Assembly (NCBI GenBank): GCA_021325025.1
Contig: JAJPHZ010000004.1
Coordinates: forward strand, 2,927 to 66,926
Source: Pseudomonadota bacterium
GTDB taxonomy: Bacteria > Desulfobacterota > Binatia > Binatales > Binataceae
DNA length: 64,000 nucleotides
Reading direction: 5' to 3'
Positions 45,443-55,950 of this stretch are shown here, in pieces; position 1 is the stretch's first letter, and the number at the start of each line of letters is the position of its first letter. The position numbers were made by a program, and so were the translations under genes. Below the pieces are notes generated by a model. The model saw only the letters and a list, made by a program, of their open reading frames with translations. It was not told the origin of the DNA and searched no databases.

Positions 45443-45922
45443 GTGTCATCCAAGTTCAAACGGACAAGCGCCGCCGCGATTGCGCTAGCCAGTGCATGCG
45501 CGATGCTATTTGTTGGCTCAGCCTTGGTGCATGCGCAGCAATTTCAGGTACTGGGCGCGTCGCCCGCAACGCAGGAATCCGCGCCTGAAGTGGCGATTTC
45601 AAGACAACTGATCCTGCACAACATAACTCTCAGCGGAACCGCCGTCGATCCGGATTCGCGCCCTGTGCTCGATTACGCCATCCAATTGCTGCGTCAATAC
45701 CCGGCAACCCGTGTCTATGTAAGCGGCCGCGGGGATCGCGGCACGGTGCAGCGTGAGGCGCAGGCGGTCGCGCAATACCTCAAGCATCGCGGCATCCGGG
45801 CGGACCGGGTGATCGTTCAGGACACGACCGCACCGCGCCCGCTCGCGTCGCATGGCTCGTCCGCCGCGGCGGTGATTGTACTTAATCTCATGGCCTCCGA
45901 TTGCGACACCTGCTCTTCCTGA
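45443..45922 (+). CDS. Exported OmpA-C-like domain protein (degenerate)
   Basis: ORF 45371..45922. GTG at 45443 lies 10 nt after AGGAGG. Signal peptide ...FVGSALVHAQQ. LSGTAVDPDSRPVLDYAIQLLRQYPATRVYVSGRGDRG...AQAVAQYLKHRGIRADRV resembles the OmpA/MotB C-terminal domain layout. Confidence 0.5.
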   Translation: MSSKFKRTSAAAIALASACAMLFVGSALVHAQQFQVLGASPATQESAPEVAISRQLILHNITLSGTAVDPDSRPVLDYAIQLLRQYPATRVYVSGRGDRGTVQREAQAVAQYLKHRGIRADRVIVQDTTAPRPLASHGSSAAAVIVLNLMASDCDTCSS

Positions 45923-45977
45923 CCAGGCAGCCGAAGGTTTGAAGACCGACTCGTAGCGCTCCCCTCCCCCCAAACCA

Positions 45978-46020
45978 GCCGCGCGCGCTATCTTCTCGGC
46001 GCGCGCGGCACTCTTTTCTC
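45978..46020 (+). terminator. Rho-independent terminator after the OmpA-like gene
   Basis: Perfect 11-bp stem GCCGCGCGCGC-(10 nt)-GCGCGCGCGGC followed by ACTCTTTTCTC. Confidence 0.6.
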
Positions 46021-46106
46021 GCTGTTCCGGTTTACAATAAGCTTGGCGCCGGTTCAGACAGCGCTGGCCGCGCTCAACTCCGGCTGGCGCCAGGGTGTCG
46101 CATTCG

Positions 46107-47600
46107 ATGGCTCCTGAGTACGACGTGATCATCGTGGGCGGCGGCAATGCCGCGTTATGCGCTGCCCTGGCGGCGCGCGAAGCCGGCGCGCGCACGCTGG
46201 TGCTGGAATGCGCGCCCGAAGCCGAGCGCGGCGGCAACAGCCGCTTCAGTGCCGGCGCGATGCGCGTGGCGTACAACGGGGTCACCGACCTCGAGCGCCT
46301 GATACCCGACCTGACCGAGGAAGACAAGGCAATTACCGACTTCGGCACCTATCCCCAAGACCAGTTTTACGACGACCTCTGCCGCGTGAGCCAATATCGC
46401 ACCGACGCCAAACTGGCCGAGACGCTGGTCAGCCGCAGCTTCGATACAATGCAGTGGATGCGCGCCAAGGGAATCCGTTTCGTGCCGATTTACGGGCGTC
46501 AGGCATTTAAGGTCGAGGGCCGCTTCAAGTTCTGGGGCGGACTGACGGTGGAAGCCTGGGGCGGCGGACCGGGCCTGATCGAGGCGCTTTACGCCGCCGC
46601 TGCCCGCAACGGAATCGAAGTATGGTACACAAGCCGCGTTCGCGCGTTGCTTCACGATGACAACGGGGTGCACGGCCTGACGGTGCGCGTGGGCGGGCTC
46701 ACCAGGGCTGTCAGCGCCGGCGCGGTGGTGCTGGCGTGCGGCGGCTTCGAGGCCAACGCTGAAGCGCGCGCCCGCTACCTGGGACCGGGATGGGACCTGG
46801 CCAAGGTGCGCGGCACGCGCTTCAACACCGGCGACGGGATCCGGATGGCGCTGGAGGCGGGCGCGATGCCCTACGGCAACTGGTCGGGATGCCACGCCGT
46901 GGGATGGGACCGCAATGCGCCGGAATTCGGCGACTTGACGGTCGGCGACGGTTTCCAAAAACATAGCTATCCGTTCGGCATCATGGTCAACGCGCGCGGC
47001 CGGCGCTTTGTCGATGAGGGCGCAGACTTCCGCAACTACACCTATGCCCGGTACGGACGCGCGATCCTGGAGCAGCCCGGCCAGTTCGCCTGGCAGGTGT
47101 TCGACCGCAAGGTGGCCCATCTGCTGCGCGACGAGTACCGTATCAAGCGCATTACCAGGGTCAGCGCCCAGACGCTGGAGGAACTGGCGGGCAAGCTCGA
47201 AGACGTCGACGCCGCCGGATTCCTGGAAGAGGTACGCGCCTACAATGCTGCCGTCGCACTTGAGCGTCCCTTCAATCCCAACATCAAGGACGGCCGCTGC
47301 ACGCGCGGTCTAGCGGTCAACAAGAGCAACTGGGCCAACCCGATCGATACGCCGCCGTTCGAGGCCTATGCGGTCACCTGCGGCATCACCTTTACCTTCG
47401 GCGGCCTACGCATCGACGGCGACGCCCGCGTCATCAATACCGACGGCGCGCCGATCGCGGGGCTTTACGCGGCCGGTGAACTGGTAGGCGGAATTTTCTA
47501 CTTCAACTATCCTGGCGGTAGCGGACTGATGTCGGGCGCGGTCTTCGGGCGTATCGCCGGCGCGGCTGCGGCCCGCTTCGCGCGCAGCGGTGGCCGATGA
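46107..47600 (+). CDS. FAD-dependent oxidoreductase, tricarballylate dehydrogenase (TcuA)-like / fumarate-reductase flavoprotein family
   Basis: ORF 46095..47600. MAPEYDVIIVGGGNAALCAALAAREAGARTLVLE...GGNSRFS...C-terminal GLYAAGE..GG. Confidence 0.75.
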   Translation: MAPEYDVIIVGGGNAALCAALAAREAGARTLVLECAPEAERGGNSRFSAGAMRVAYNGVTDLERLIPDLTEEDKAITDFGTYPQDQFYDDLCRVSQYRTDAKLAETLVSRSFDTMQWMRAKGIRFVPIYGRQAFKVEGRFKFWGGLTVEAWGGGPGLIEALYAAAARNGIEVWYTSRVRALLHDDNGVHGLTVRVGGLTRAVSAGAVVLACGGFEANAEARARYLGPGWDLAKVRGTRFNTGDGIRMALEAGAMPYGNWSGCHAVGWDRNAPEFGDLTVGDGFQKHSYPFGIMVNARGRRFVDEGADFRNYTYARYGRAILEQPGQFAWQVFDRKVAHLLRDEYRIKRITRVSAQTLEELAGKLEDVDAAGFLEEVRAYNAAVALERPFNPNIKDGRCTRGLAVNKSNWANPIDTPPFEAYAVTCGITFTFGGLRIDGDARVINTDGAPIAGLYAAGELVGGIFYFNYPGGSGLMSGAVFGRIAGAAAARFARSGGR

Positions 47601-47939
47601 AGTGGAGAGCAAAGGACGGGTCAGCGGACGAATCGATCGAATCCCGTTGGCAGCGGCTGAGCTGAGCGGTCAATGGTACCTGGTCTCGATGCGGGCGAGA
47701 ACGCCCGGTGGGTCGGAAAAGTTCGCGCCGGCGCAGACACTGCCGTCGTATGGCGAGGCAGGGCGCAGCGCGTCAGGCTGGAGGAAGGGCCGGTTGCGCA
47801 ACGCGCGCCAATCCTCGCGCAATATTTGCGGCGCGCGCCCGGTGCTCCCCCACACTTCGACGTCGTCTGGACTGCTCTACGGCGCGATTTCGAACCGATG
47901 GCAGGGCGCTATCCGGTCTTTCACATCCGGTGGCTATGA
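47590..47939 (+). pseudogene. Frameshifted, N-terminally truncated remnant of a DUF385-like (deazaflavin-dependent nitroreductase family) gene
   Basis: Frame 1 (ORF 47590..) reads GRVSGRIDRIPLAAAELSGQWYLVS. The family pattern then continues in another frame (ORF 47673..) as GENARWVGKVRAGADTAVVWRGRAQRVRLEE...APILAQYL...YPVFHI. The frame switch lies around 47688-47692. Confidence 0.4.
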
Positions 47940-48021
47940 ACTTACGCCGGCGGCGGGATGAATACGCCGCGGGGCAACCGGCGGTCAGGCAACGTCAAAA
48001 GCCCCGCGGCGGATGAACCGT

Positions 48022-48522
48022 TTATTGGTTGTCGTCGGGTTTGCTGGCCAGCGGCACCAGTTGTGCGATCTGGCATTGCACCAGCGCGTGCAGCTTGTTG
48101 TCTACCTGGAAGAAGCGGGTCACGGTGATGCCGGGCAGCACGGCCCGGAACTTGGGAATGAAGCGCCGTTGCACGTCGATGCGGTCCTGCGCCACCTGCA
48201 TCACTTCGTCCAGTTTGCGGTTGGCCTGCTCGTCGGTGAGATTCTGGTAGTTTTTGGCGTACTCCTTGATCTCGCGGGCGTGGCGGTTGTCAACCTTGTC
48301 CATCGCGTCTTCGTACTTTTCATACAGCGGCCAGAAGACCTGCGCCTGTTTGGCGGTAAGCTTCATGTTCTGGCCCACGACCGCCTTGCGCTGTGCGCGC
48401 AGCGCGGCGATGTCGAGCTGTTTTTGCGTCGGCGCGCTTTCCTGCGCTGGGGCAGTCAGACCGAGCATGCAGACCAACACCGCCGCAACCGCACCGGCGC
48501 CTAAAAACCGCGTCATTGTCAT
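48022..48522 (-). CDS. Periplasmic LTXXQ-motif protein (Spy/CpxP family-like)
   Basis: 166-aa ORF. Signal peptide ...GLTAPAQE and two LTxxQ motifs (LTAKQ, LTDEQ) in a helical, charged protein of the right size. Confidence 0.5.
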   Translation of the reverse strand: MTMTRFLGAGAVAAVLVCMLGLTAPAQESAPTQKQLDIAALRAQRKAVVGQNMKLTAKQAQVFWPLYEKYEDAMDKVDNRHAREIKEYAKNYQNLTDEQANRKLDEVMQVAQDRIDVQRRFIPKFRAVLPGITVTRFFQVDNKLHALVQCQIAQLVPLASKPDDNQ

Positions 48523-48713
48523 GTCAAAAGTAACCTCCGCTATTCATTGAGAATTGCGGATGCTGGCCTATTTCAGGCCATGCGTCAAGGCCACCCGGGC
48601 CGCGCACAGCGGCGCTGCGTTTGAGCATTGCGGCGGGTTTTGTTAGTGGTCAGGGCGCGCGGCGAAATTATCGGCGCTACAAGGGGCTTGTGCCGCCCCG
48701 AGGAGGACCCATC

Positions 48714-49088
48714 ATGGCAAAGCATACTTTCCTGGTTTTGACCAATCCTGTGGCAGGAAAAGAAAAGGAGTACAACGACTGGTACACCAACCAGCACATT
48801 CCCGACGTGGTCAGCGTCCCGGGCATCGTGGCCGCCCAGCGCTTCAAGCTGGCCGACTACCAGATGGGTACCGGGGCGCCCTCGCCGTGGAAGTACCTGG
48901 CGATTTACGAAATCGAAACCGACGACCTCAAGGCCACCTTCGACGCGATGCAGGCGCGCGTGGGAACCGATCAGATGGTGATGACTGACGCGCTCGACAT
49001 GAGCAACGTCGGCGGCTTCATCTACACTCCGATTACGCAGCGCACCACCAGCGAAGAGGTGGCGCGAATGCGCCGCAAGGCGAGCTAG
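48714..49088 (+). CDS. Small cytoplasmic protein, dimeric alpha/beta-barrel-like (family not recognised)
   Basis: ORF 48621..49088. ATG at 48714 preceded by AGGAGG. MAKHTFLVLTNPVAGKEKEYNDWYTNQHIPDVVSVPGIVAAQRFKL. Confidence 0.5.
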   Translation: MAKHTFLVLTNPVAGKEKEYNDWYTNQHIPDVVSVPGIVAAQRFKLADYQMGTGAPSPWKYLAIYEIETDDLKATFDAMQARVGTDQMVMTDALDMSNVGGFIYTPITQRTTSEEVARMRRKAS

Positions 49089-49199
49089 GCTGCGCGCTGG
49101 CATTTGCGAGTGCGGCACGGCCGGCCGCCAGCGCGGGGCCCTGCCGCACTTTCCCGCCACCATGGGGGCCGCTATCTTCGCTTCAGAGGATCAACGCCG

Positions 49200-49748
49200 A
49201 TGATTTTGAAGGTTGCGCGCCTGGGCCATCCGATCGTGCGGACCGCGGCCCGCGAGGTCACGATCGACGAAATCAGGAGCCACGATTTCCAGCTCCTGAT
49301 CGACAGCATGGTGGAGACCATGCATGAATATAGCGGTGTGGGCCTGGCCGCCACCCAGATCCATCTGCCAATCCAGGTCGCGGTGCTGGAGGTCGAACGC
49401 AATCCGCGCTATCCCGACGCGCCCTCCGTCCCCCTCACCGTGCTGATCAATCCGGTCGTCACCATCCTCGACAACCAACTGGTGGACGGCTACGAAGGAT
49501 GCCTGTCCATCCCCGACCTGCGCGGTCTGGTGCCGCGCTTTAGGCGGCTGCGTGTCCAGGCGTTGGGACGCAACGCCGAGCCGCTGGACATCATCGCCGA
49601 GGACTTCCATGCCCGCGTCATCCAGCACGAGACCGATCATCTGAAAGGCGAGGTCTACCTGGATCGCATGCGCGACATGCGCACGCTCGCGCATCTGGCC
49701 GAGTTCCAGCGCTATGTTCTGGAGGGGGCAGCAGCCGCCCGCAAGTAG
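49200..49748 (+). CDS. def: Peptide deformylase
   Basis: ORF 49104..49748. Start is MILKVARLGHP (ATG at 49200). Three signature motifs: GVGLAATQ, EGCLS, HETDH. Confidence 0.9.
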   Translation: MILKVARLGHPIVRTAAREVTIDEIRSHDFQLLIDSMVETMHEYSGVGLAATQIHLPIQVAVLEVERNPRYPDAPSVPLTVLINPVVTILDNQLVDGYEGCLSIPDLRGLVPRFRRLRVQALGRNAEPLDIIAEDFHARVIQHETDHLKGEVYLDRMRDMRTLAHLAEFQRYVLEGAAAARK

Positions 49749-49757
49749 TAGTATCCG

Positions 49758-50054
49758 CTACTTGGGCGGGTAGGGCGGGACGATCGGCACCTTGCCGGTT
49801 AGCTTGGCCTGTTCGAGCGCCTTCTTGAGCGCGTCGTTGTAAACCTTGAGGTTGTTGTTCTCCTCCTGGATCTTGTCCAGTTGATCGTGCAGCCGGTTAT
49901 TGTCGTCCCTGAGCTTGTTGACCTGCGCGCCGAGGTCGTCGATCTGCTGCGCCTGGCGGGCGATGATCGCCTGCTGCTGCTGCTGATGGTAACGCCAGAC
50001 AAAGAAAGCCGCGATTGCGGCAAGAATCAGGAAGACAATCACGGCACGCATCAT
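49758..50054 (-). CDS. Membrane-anchored coiled-coil protein (hypothetical)
   Basis: 98-aa ORF. N-terminal TM AVIVFLILAAIAAFFVW, then a Q/N/D/L-rich heptad region and a Pro-rich end PIVPPYPPK. Confidence 0.5.
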   Translation of the reverse strand: MMRAVIVFLILAAIAAFFVWRYHQQQQQAIIARQAQQIDDLGAQVNKLRDDNNRLHDQLDKIQEENNNLKVYNDALKKALEQAKLTGKVPIVPPYPPK

Positions 50055-50299
50055 GGCATTCCACCCCGTCGCGGCGCGTCAGTTGCGCCATGCTACTGGA
50101 CTCTGACCTCGTTCGCCAAGCGCATGCGCACCCAAGGCTAGCGCCGCACACCGCGGTCTTCGACCTCGGACCGGCGCGATGATTGGGCCTTGCGCTGTCG
50201 TGGACTTTCAGCGTCCTTCGCGCCAGAGTTGAAGGTGGCAGAAAAACGAAATCTTCGCGCGGAAACGCGCACCAGCACGGTGCTTCGAGCGCCTTCCCG

Positions 50300-51733
50300 A
50301 TGCCCGATTCCTCCACAATCGCCGAACTGAGCGCCCTGCTGCTGCTGTGGCTGTTCGGCTACGCACTTGACGATTGCCGCCGCCGGATGCTGCCGGGCTT
50401 CGACCGCAACGTTGCCGCTGCCCTGGTGCTGGCCGTGGTCATCTTCGCGGCCAAGCTTGCCGCCCTGCCCTTTTTCCCCGGTTACCCCGACGACGTGCAC
50501 GCCTGGGAGCGATGGTCGGCGACGATGGCCTCCCATGGCCCGCATGCGATTTACGAGCCGCCGGCGCCCGCCGATTACCCGCCCGCATATCTCTACGCAC
50601 TGTGGGCGGCGGGCGCCGCGGCGCGCTCGTTGGTCACGACCGTCGCCGGATTGCGCCTGTTTGTCGAAACACCGCCGCTGATCGCGGACCTGGTCCTGAG
50701 CCTCTTGATCTTCGCCGCAATCTTCCATTACTGGCGCAATCACGCTCTGGCGCTGGCTGCGATGCTGCTGTTCGCGCTCAACCCCGCCCTGCTTTATGAC
50801 AGCGTCGTATGGGGGCAGGCCGACGCGGTGCTGGTGCTGCCGATTGCGCTGGCGGCGCTGTTGCTGACGCAGTCGCGGTTCGTGCTCGGATGGGCGATCG
50901 CGGCTGTGGCAGCGCTGGTCAAGCCGCAAGCGCTGCTCGTGCTCCCGGTGTTCGCCCTGTGGACGATGCTCAACAGCGGATGGCGCACCTGGTTGTGGTG
51001 CGCGGGGACATTTCTGGTCACCGCACTGGTGGGTTTCGCCCCCTTCCTCAGCGGCCATCCCTGGTACTGGCCGCTGTCGGTTTACACCTTCAGCGCCGGA
51101 CGCTACCGCCTGGCGTCGATGAACGCGTTCAACCTGATGGCGGTGCTGGGCGGGCTTGACCGGCCCGAATTCGTCAGCTTCATGGGGGTTTCATACCTTG
51201 CGCTGGGCACGGTCCTGCTCGCGGCGCTTTATGGGCTGCTGGCCTGGCTGATGTGGCGCAAGCCGCGCGCGCCGATGGTCTTGATCGCGACGTTTCTGGC
51301 GTTGCTGGGTTTCTTCGTGCTGGCCGCCCGCGTGCACGAGCGTTACCTGTATCCCGCCCTCGCCCTTCTTACGCTGCTCGTGTTCGACGCGCCTGCGGCG
51401 ATGGCGGTGTACATCGTGCTCAGCGCCACCTTGCTCACGAATCTGATCTGGGTGAAGCGCTTTCACCAAGGTGTGGCGGCGCTCGATCCGCATAGCGCCG
51501 CGGTGATGGGAATCAGCCTGCTCAATGTCGCCGCATTCGCGATCGCATCGTTTTGGGGTGCCGTCGCCTCGACTCCGGCCGGGACCCTCAGCAAGCGATG
51601 GCCGTCCGCAGTGCGATGGTTCTTCGGAAGCCGGAAACCGGCTTTGGATGAAGCAACGGCTGGTAGCGCAGCCGAAGGACGCGGCGAGGCGCCGCGCAAA
51701 GTCCGGCGCAAATCCGCGCGCCGGCGCCATTAG
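50300..51733 (+). CDS. Polytopic GT-C-type membrane glycosyltransferase candidate (DUF2029/PIG-V/ALG-like)
   Basis: ORF 50183..51733. ATG at 50300. About 11 or more TM segments. The first loop has YPDDVHAWERW...DYPPAYLY and WGQADA, resembling GT-C loop motifs. Basic C-terminal tail. Confidence 0.55.
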   Translation: MPDSSTIAELSALLLLWLFGYALDDCRRRMLPGFDRNVAAALVLAVVIFAAKLAALPFFPGYPDDVHAWERWSATMASHGPHAIYEPPAPADYPPAYLYALWAAGAAARSLVTTVAGLRLFVETPPLIADLVLSLLIFAAIFHYWRNHALALAAMLLFALNPALLYDSVVWGQADAVLVLPIALAALLLTQSRFVLGWAIAAVAALVKPQALLVLPVFALWTMLNSGWRTWLWCAGTFLVTALVGFAPFLSGHPWYWPLSVYTFSAGRYRLASMNAFNLMAVLGGLDRPEFVSFMGVSYLALGTVLLAALYGLLAWLMWRKPRAPMVLIATFLALLGFFVLAARVHERYLYPALALLTLLVFDAPAAMAVYIVLSATLLTNLIWVKRFHQGVAALDPHSAAVMGISLLNVAAFAIASFWGAVASTPAGTLSKRWPSAVRWFFGSRKPALDEATAGSAAEGRGEAPRKVRRKSARRRH

Positions 51734-51786
51734 CGCTTGCCAATCTCCTGCGGCGGCGCAATGTATAGCCATCCGGGGAGGACATC

Positions 51787-52596
51787 ATGCCGAAAATCAA
51801 GGCCGGAGCGCTTACCATCAACTACGAAACCTTCGGCGAGGGCGAGCCGCTGCTGCTGATCATGGGCTTCGGCATGCCCGGACGCGCCTGGCTCCCCCGC
51901 ATCCCGCGCTTTGGCGGCTTCAAAGTCATCATTTACGACAATCGCGGCACCGGGGAGACTGACAAGCCCGACCAGCCGGTTTATTCCATCGCCCAGATGG
52001 CCGACGACGCCAGCGCTTTGCTCGACGCACTGAACATCGCCCGGATCAAAATCTGCGGTTTTTCGATGGGCGGGATGATCGCGCAGGAACTCGCCCTGCG
52101 CCATCCCGAGCAGGTCGCCAAGGCGGTCCTCGGATGCACAACGGCGGGCGGCGCCAGCGCGCAGATGGAAAACCCGGGCGGCGGCGAGCCGCTGCGGATG
52201 GCGTCCTTCAAGCTGCTCGCAACCGACCCGGACAAGGCCTATGAAGAGCTGCTGCCGATGCTGCATCCGGCGGAGCTGCTTGCCCTGCGGCCCGAACTGC
52301 GCCGCGACATGCTCGACGCAATCAAAACCGCGCCGCCCACGCCGGTGGAAACCTACGTCCGCCATTGGGCCGGAATCATGGGATTCGACGCCTACAGCCG
52401 CCTGCCGCAACTTCGCTGCCCGGTCCTGATCGTGCACGGCGACCAGGATATCGGCACGCCGCTTGAAAACGCTTATATACTGAAGAGCCGCATCCCGCAC
52501 GCCGAGTTGCTGATCGCACCCGGCGCCGGCCACGGCCTGGAGACCGCCGAACCCAACTGGGTCACCGATCGAATCGCGGCGTGGCTGCGGCAGTAG
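51787..52596 (+). CDS. Alpha/beta hydrolase
   Basis: 269-aa ORF. LLLIMGFG...nucleophile elbow GFSMGG...C-terminal GAGHG. Confidence 0.85.
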   Translation: MPKIKAGALTINYETFGEGEPLLLIMGFGMPGRAWLPRIPRFGGFKVIIYDNRGTGETDKPDQPVYSIAQMADDASALLDALNIARIKICGFSMGGMIAQELALRHPEQVAKAVLGCTTAGGASAQMENPGGGEPLRMASFKLLATDPDKAYEELLPMLHPAELLALRPELRRDMLDAIKTAPPTPVETYVRHWAGIMGFDAYSRLPQLRCPVLIVHGDQDIGTPLENAYILKSRIPHAELLIAPGAGHGLETAEPNWVTDRIAAWLRQ

Positions 52597-52676
52597 CATT
52601 CGCGCCGCATGCAATCGGGTCATCCTGCTTTATCATGCGTCGCGTGTTAGACTGAGGTGTCGCGGACGCACTTGAA

Positions 52677-52985
52677 ATGGCAACAGATAAACGCGGTAAC
52701 AAGATAAACCTCGAACAGGTCAGGCATATCGCGCTGCTGGCGCGGCTGGAACTGACGGCGGAGGAAGAACAGCGGATGCTGGGCGACCTCGAAGAGATGC
52801 TGGAGTACGTCGACAAACTCAACCAGCTTGACACCGGCGCCGTCGAGCCCACCGCGCAGGTCGGCGAGATCGGCGCCGCGATGCGCGAGGACACGGTAAC
52901 CAACCGCGAAGACCCGGCCTCGATTCTGGCCAACGCACCCGCCGCCCGCGAGCAGATGTTCAAGGTACCCAAGATCATTGAGTGA
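52677..52985 (+). CDS. gatC: Asp/Glu-tRNA(Asn/Gln) amidotransferase subunit C
   Basis: 102-aa [42 protein letters not shown]. Confidence 0.9.
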   Translation: MATDKRGNKINLEQVRHIALLARLELTAEEEQRMLGDLEEMLEYVDKLNQLDTGAVEPTAQVGEIGAAMREDTVTNREDPASILANAPAAREQMFKVPKIIE

Positions 52986-54447
52986 CGTGACTACCGACGC
53001 CTGCAAACTGACTATCGCCCAGGCGCAGCATCTGCTGCGCAGCCGCGAGCTGTCCGCCACCGAGCTGACGCGCGCCTGCCTGGATCGCATCAGTGCGGTC
53101 GAGCCGCGGCTCAACGCCTTCATCACGATTTGCCACGAACAGGCGCTGGCACAGGCGCGCGACGCCGAGCGCCGCCTGGCCCAAGGCGACGCGCCGGCGC
53201 TGTGCGGAATTCCGCTGGCGATCAAGGACATCTACGCCACCCGGGGCGTACGCACCACCTGCGCCTCGAAGATCCTGGAGAACTTCGTCCCGCCTTACGA
53301 CGCCACCGTTATTGCGCGGCTGCGTGCGGAGGGCGCGGTGTTCCTGGGCAAAGCCAATCTCGACGAATTCGCGATGGGCTCCTCGACCGAGAACTCCGCC
53401 TTCGGCCCAACGCGCAATCCCTGCGACCTGCAGCGCGTGGCCGGCGGATCCTCAGGCGGTTCGGCCGCCGCGGTGGCGGCCGACGAATGTCTGGGGGCCC
53501 TCGGCACCGACACCGGGGGCTCGATTCGCGAGCCCGCCGCGTTTTGCGGTGTGGTCGGAATCAAGCCTACTTACAGTAGGGTAAGCCGCTTCGGGATCAT
53601 CGCCTACGCCTCTTCGCTGGACCAGGTCGGCCCGTTCGCCAAAACGGTGCGCGATGCCGCAATCTTGCTGCGCTCGCTGGCCGGCGCCGACCCAGCGGAT
53701 TCCACCTGCTCCACACGTCCGGTGCCCGACTACGAGCGCGCCCTGAACGGTGAGGTCAAGGGGCTTCGAATCGGCGTGCCCAAAGAGTATTTCGTCGAGG
53801 GGATGCAGCCCGAGGTCGAGGGGGCGGTGCGCGCCGCGCTCAGGCATTACGAGTCGATGGGCGCCACGACCGTGGAAGTTTCGCTGCCGCATACCGACTA
53901 CGCAATCGCCGCCTACTACCTGATCGCCACCGCCGAGGCCAGCGCCAATCTCGAGCGCTACGACGGTATCCGCTACGGTCTGCGCGTGGAGGCGGACAAC
54001 CTGACCGACCTCTATCGGCGCAGCCGCGGACGCGGTTTCGGGGCCGAGGTCAAGCGCCGCATCATGCTCGGCACCTTCGCGTTGTCCACCGGCTATTACG
54101 ACGCCTACTACCTTAAGGCGCAAAAAGTGCGCACCTTGATTAAGCGTGACTTCGACCAGGCGTTCGCACGCTGCGACCTGATCGTCACGCCGACCGCGCC
54201 CACCACCGCGTTCAGGCTCGGCGAGAAAATGTCCGACCCGCTGCAGATGTACCTGTCGGACATCTTCACGATTTCGGTCAACCTGGCGGGGCTGCCCGGG
54301 ATGGCGCTGCCGTGCGGCTACGACCGCCAGGGAATGCCGATCGGCCTGCAGCTCATCGGTCCGGCTTTCGGCGAGGAGACGGTGCTGCGCGCCGGCGACG
54401 CCTATGAGCGCTCGGGCGCCGTGACGCGGCGTCCCACAGTGGTGTAG
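52978..54447 (+). CDS. gatA: Asp/Glu-tRNA(Asn/Gln) amidotransferase subunit A
   Basis: 489-aa ORF (TTG at 52978, or GTG at 52987). Amidase signature [13 protein letters not shown]; [10 protein letters not shown]. Confidence 0.9.
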   Translation: MSDVTTDACKLTIAQAQHLLRSRELSATELTRACLDRISAVEPRLNAFITICHEQALAQARDAERRLAQGDAPALCGIPLAIKDIYATRGVRTTCASKILENFVPPYDATVIARLRAEGAVFLGKANLDEFAMGSSTENSAFGPTRNPCDLQRVAGGSSGGSAAAVAADECLGALGTDTGGSIREPAAFCGVVGIKPTYSRVSRFGIIAYASSLDQVGPFAKTVRDAAILLRSLAGADPADSTCSTRPVPDYERALNGEVKGLRIGVPKEYFVEGMQPEVEGAVRAALRHYESMGATTVEVSLPHTDYAIAAYYLIATAEASANLERYDGIRYGLRVEADNLTDLYRRSRGRGFGAEVKRRIMLGTFALSTGYYDAYYLKAQKVRTLIKRDFDQAFARCDLIVTPTAPTTAFRLGEKMSDPLQMYLSDIFTISVNLAGLPGMALPCGYDRQGMPIGLQLIGPAFGEETVLRAGDAYERSGAVTRRPTVV

Positions 54448-54456
54448 GATCCGAGG

Positions 54457-55911
54457 ATGACTTCGATGTCCGCGCATGAGGAGAAGTACGAAGCGGTTAT
54501 TGGCCTGGAGGTGCACGCGCAACTGCTGACCGCGTCCAAGATTTTCTGCGGATGCTCGGCGCAGTTCGGCGCCCCGCCCAACACTCACGTCTGCCCGGTA
54601 TGCTCGGGGATGCCCGGCGTGCTGCCGGTGTTCAACCGCAAGGCGCTGGAACTTGCCATTCGCCTGGGTCTGGCCGCGCACTGCCGCATCGCGCCGCGGT
54701 CGATCTTCGAGCGCAAGAACTACTTCTATCCCGATCTGCCCAAGGGCTACCAGATAAGCCAGTACCAGACACCGCTGTGCGCAGGCGGCTATATCGAGTT
54801 GCCCGGCGAAAACGGCGATGCGGCGCGCGTGCGACTGGTCAGAATCCATCTGGAAGAGGACGCCGGCAAAAACATCCACGCCCCCGATTGCAGCCTGATC
54901 GATTTCAATCGTTCGGGGGTGCCGCTGGTCGAGATCGTCAGCGAGCCCGATATCCGCACGCCGCAGCAAGCGGGCGCCTACCTGCGCGAATTGCGCTCGA
55001 TGGTACGCTACCTGGACGTCTCCGACGGCAACATGGAAGAGGGCAGCTTTCGCTGCGACGCCAACGTCTCGGTGCGCCCGCGCGGCGCCGCGGCGCTCGG
55101 CGTCAAGACCGAAGTCAAGAACATGAACTCCTTCCGCCACGTCGAGCATGCGATCGCCTACGAGATCGAACGCCAGATCGAACTGCTCGAGGCGGGCGAA
55201 CGCATCATGCAGGAAACACGCCTGTGGGACCCTGACCGCGGCGTCACGCGCTCGATGCGCTCCAAGGAGTACGCACACGACTACCGCTATTTTCCCGAAC
55301 CTGACCTGCCGCCGCTGATCGTCACGCCCGATCTGGTCGAACAGATCAGGACGGAAATGCCCGAGCTGCCTGCCGCGCGGCGCGCGCGCTACACCGCGGA
55401 GCTGGGACTTACGCCGTATGAGGCCGACGTGTTGACGCAGGAGCGTGAGCTTTCCGATTACTTTGAGGCGCTGCTGCCGGGCCTTGACAATCGCAAGACC
55501 GCGGCCAACTGGGTGATGACGGAAGTGCTGCGCGCCGTCAACGAAAGCGGCCGTCCGCTGGCCGAAGCCGTCCCTGCTCCGGCCGAAGTCGGCGCGCTGC
55601 TCAAGATGGTGGAAGACGCCGCGATCAGCCTCAACGCCGCCAAGGCCGCGTTTGCCGCGATGTGCAAGTCGGGCAAGGGCGCGCAGGCCACGGTGGCCGA
55701 GCTGGGGCTGCTGCAGGTCTCCGACGAAGCCGCCATCACGGCCGCCTGCGAGCAGGTGATCGCCGCCGAAGCGGACAAGGTCGCGGAATACCGCGCCGGA
55801 CGCGACAAGTTGTTCGGCTTTTTCGTCGGCCAGGTGATGAAGGCGATGGGCGGCAAGGCCAATCCGAAGATCATCAACGAGGTGCTGCGGCGCAAACTGG
55901 CGGCAAACTGA
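54457..55911 (+). CDS. gatB: Asp/Glu-tRNA(Asn/Gln) amidotransferase subunit B
   Basis: 484-aa ORF. YEAVIGLEVHAQL...KIFCGC...CPVCSGMPGVLPV. The ATG at 54466 has the better SD spacing. Confidence 0.9.
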   Translation: MTSMSAHEEKYEAVIGLEVHAQLLTASKIFCGCSAQFGAPPNTHVCPVCSGMPGVLPVFNRKALELAIRLGLAAHCRIAPRSIFERKNYFYPDLPKGYQISQYQTPLCAGGYIELPGENGDAARVRLVRIHLEEDAGKNIHAPDCSLIDFNRSGVPLVEIVSEPDIRTPQQAGAYLRELRSMVRYLDVSDGNMEEGSFRCDANVSVRPRGAAALGVKTEVKNMNSFRHVEHAIAYEIERQIELLEAGERIMQETRLWDPDRGVTRSMRSKEYAHDYRYFPEPDLPPLIVTPDLVEQIRTEMPELPAARRARYTAELGLTPYEADVLTQERELSDYFEALLPGLDNRKTAANWVMTEVLRAVNESGRPLAEAVPAPAEVGALLKMVEDAAISLNAAKAAFAAMCKSGKGAQATVAELGLLQVSDEAAITAACEQVIAAEADKVAEYRAGRDKLFGFFVGQVMKAMGGKANPKIINEVLRRKLAAN

Positions 55912-55950
55912 ACCTGGAGCTTGACTTCAACTGCGAGGAGTGAATGCGCA

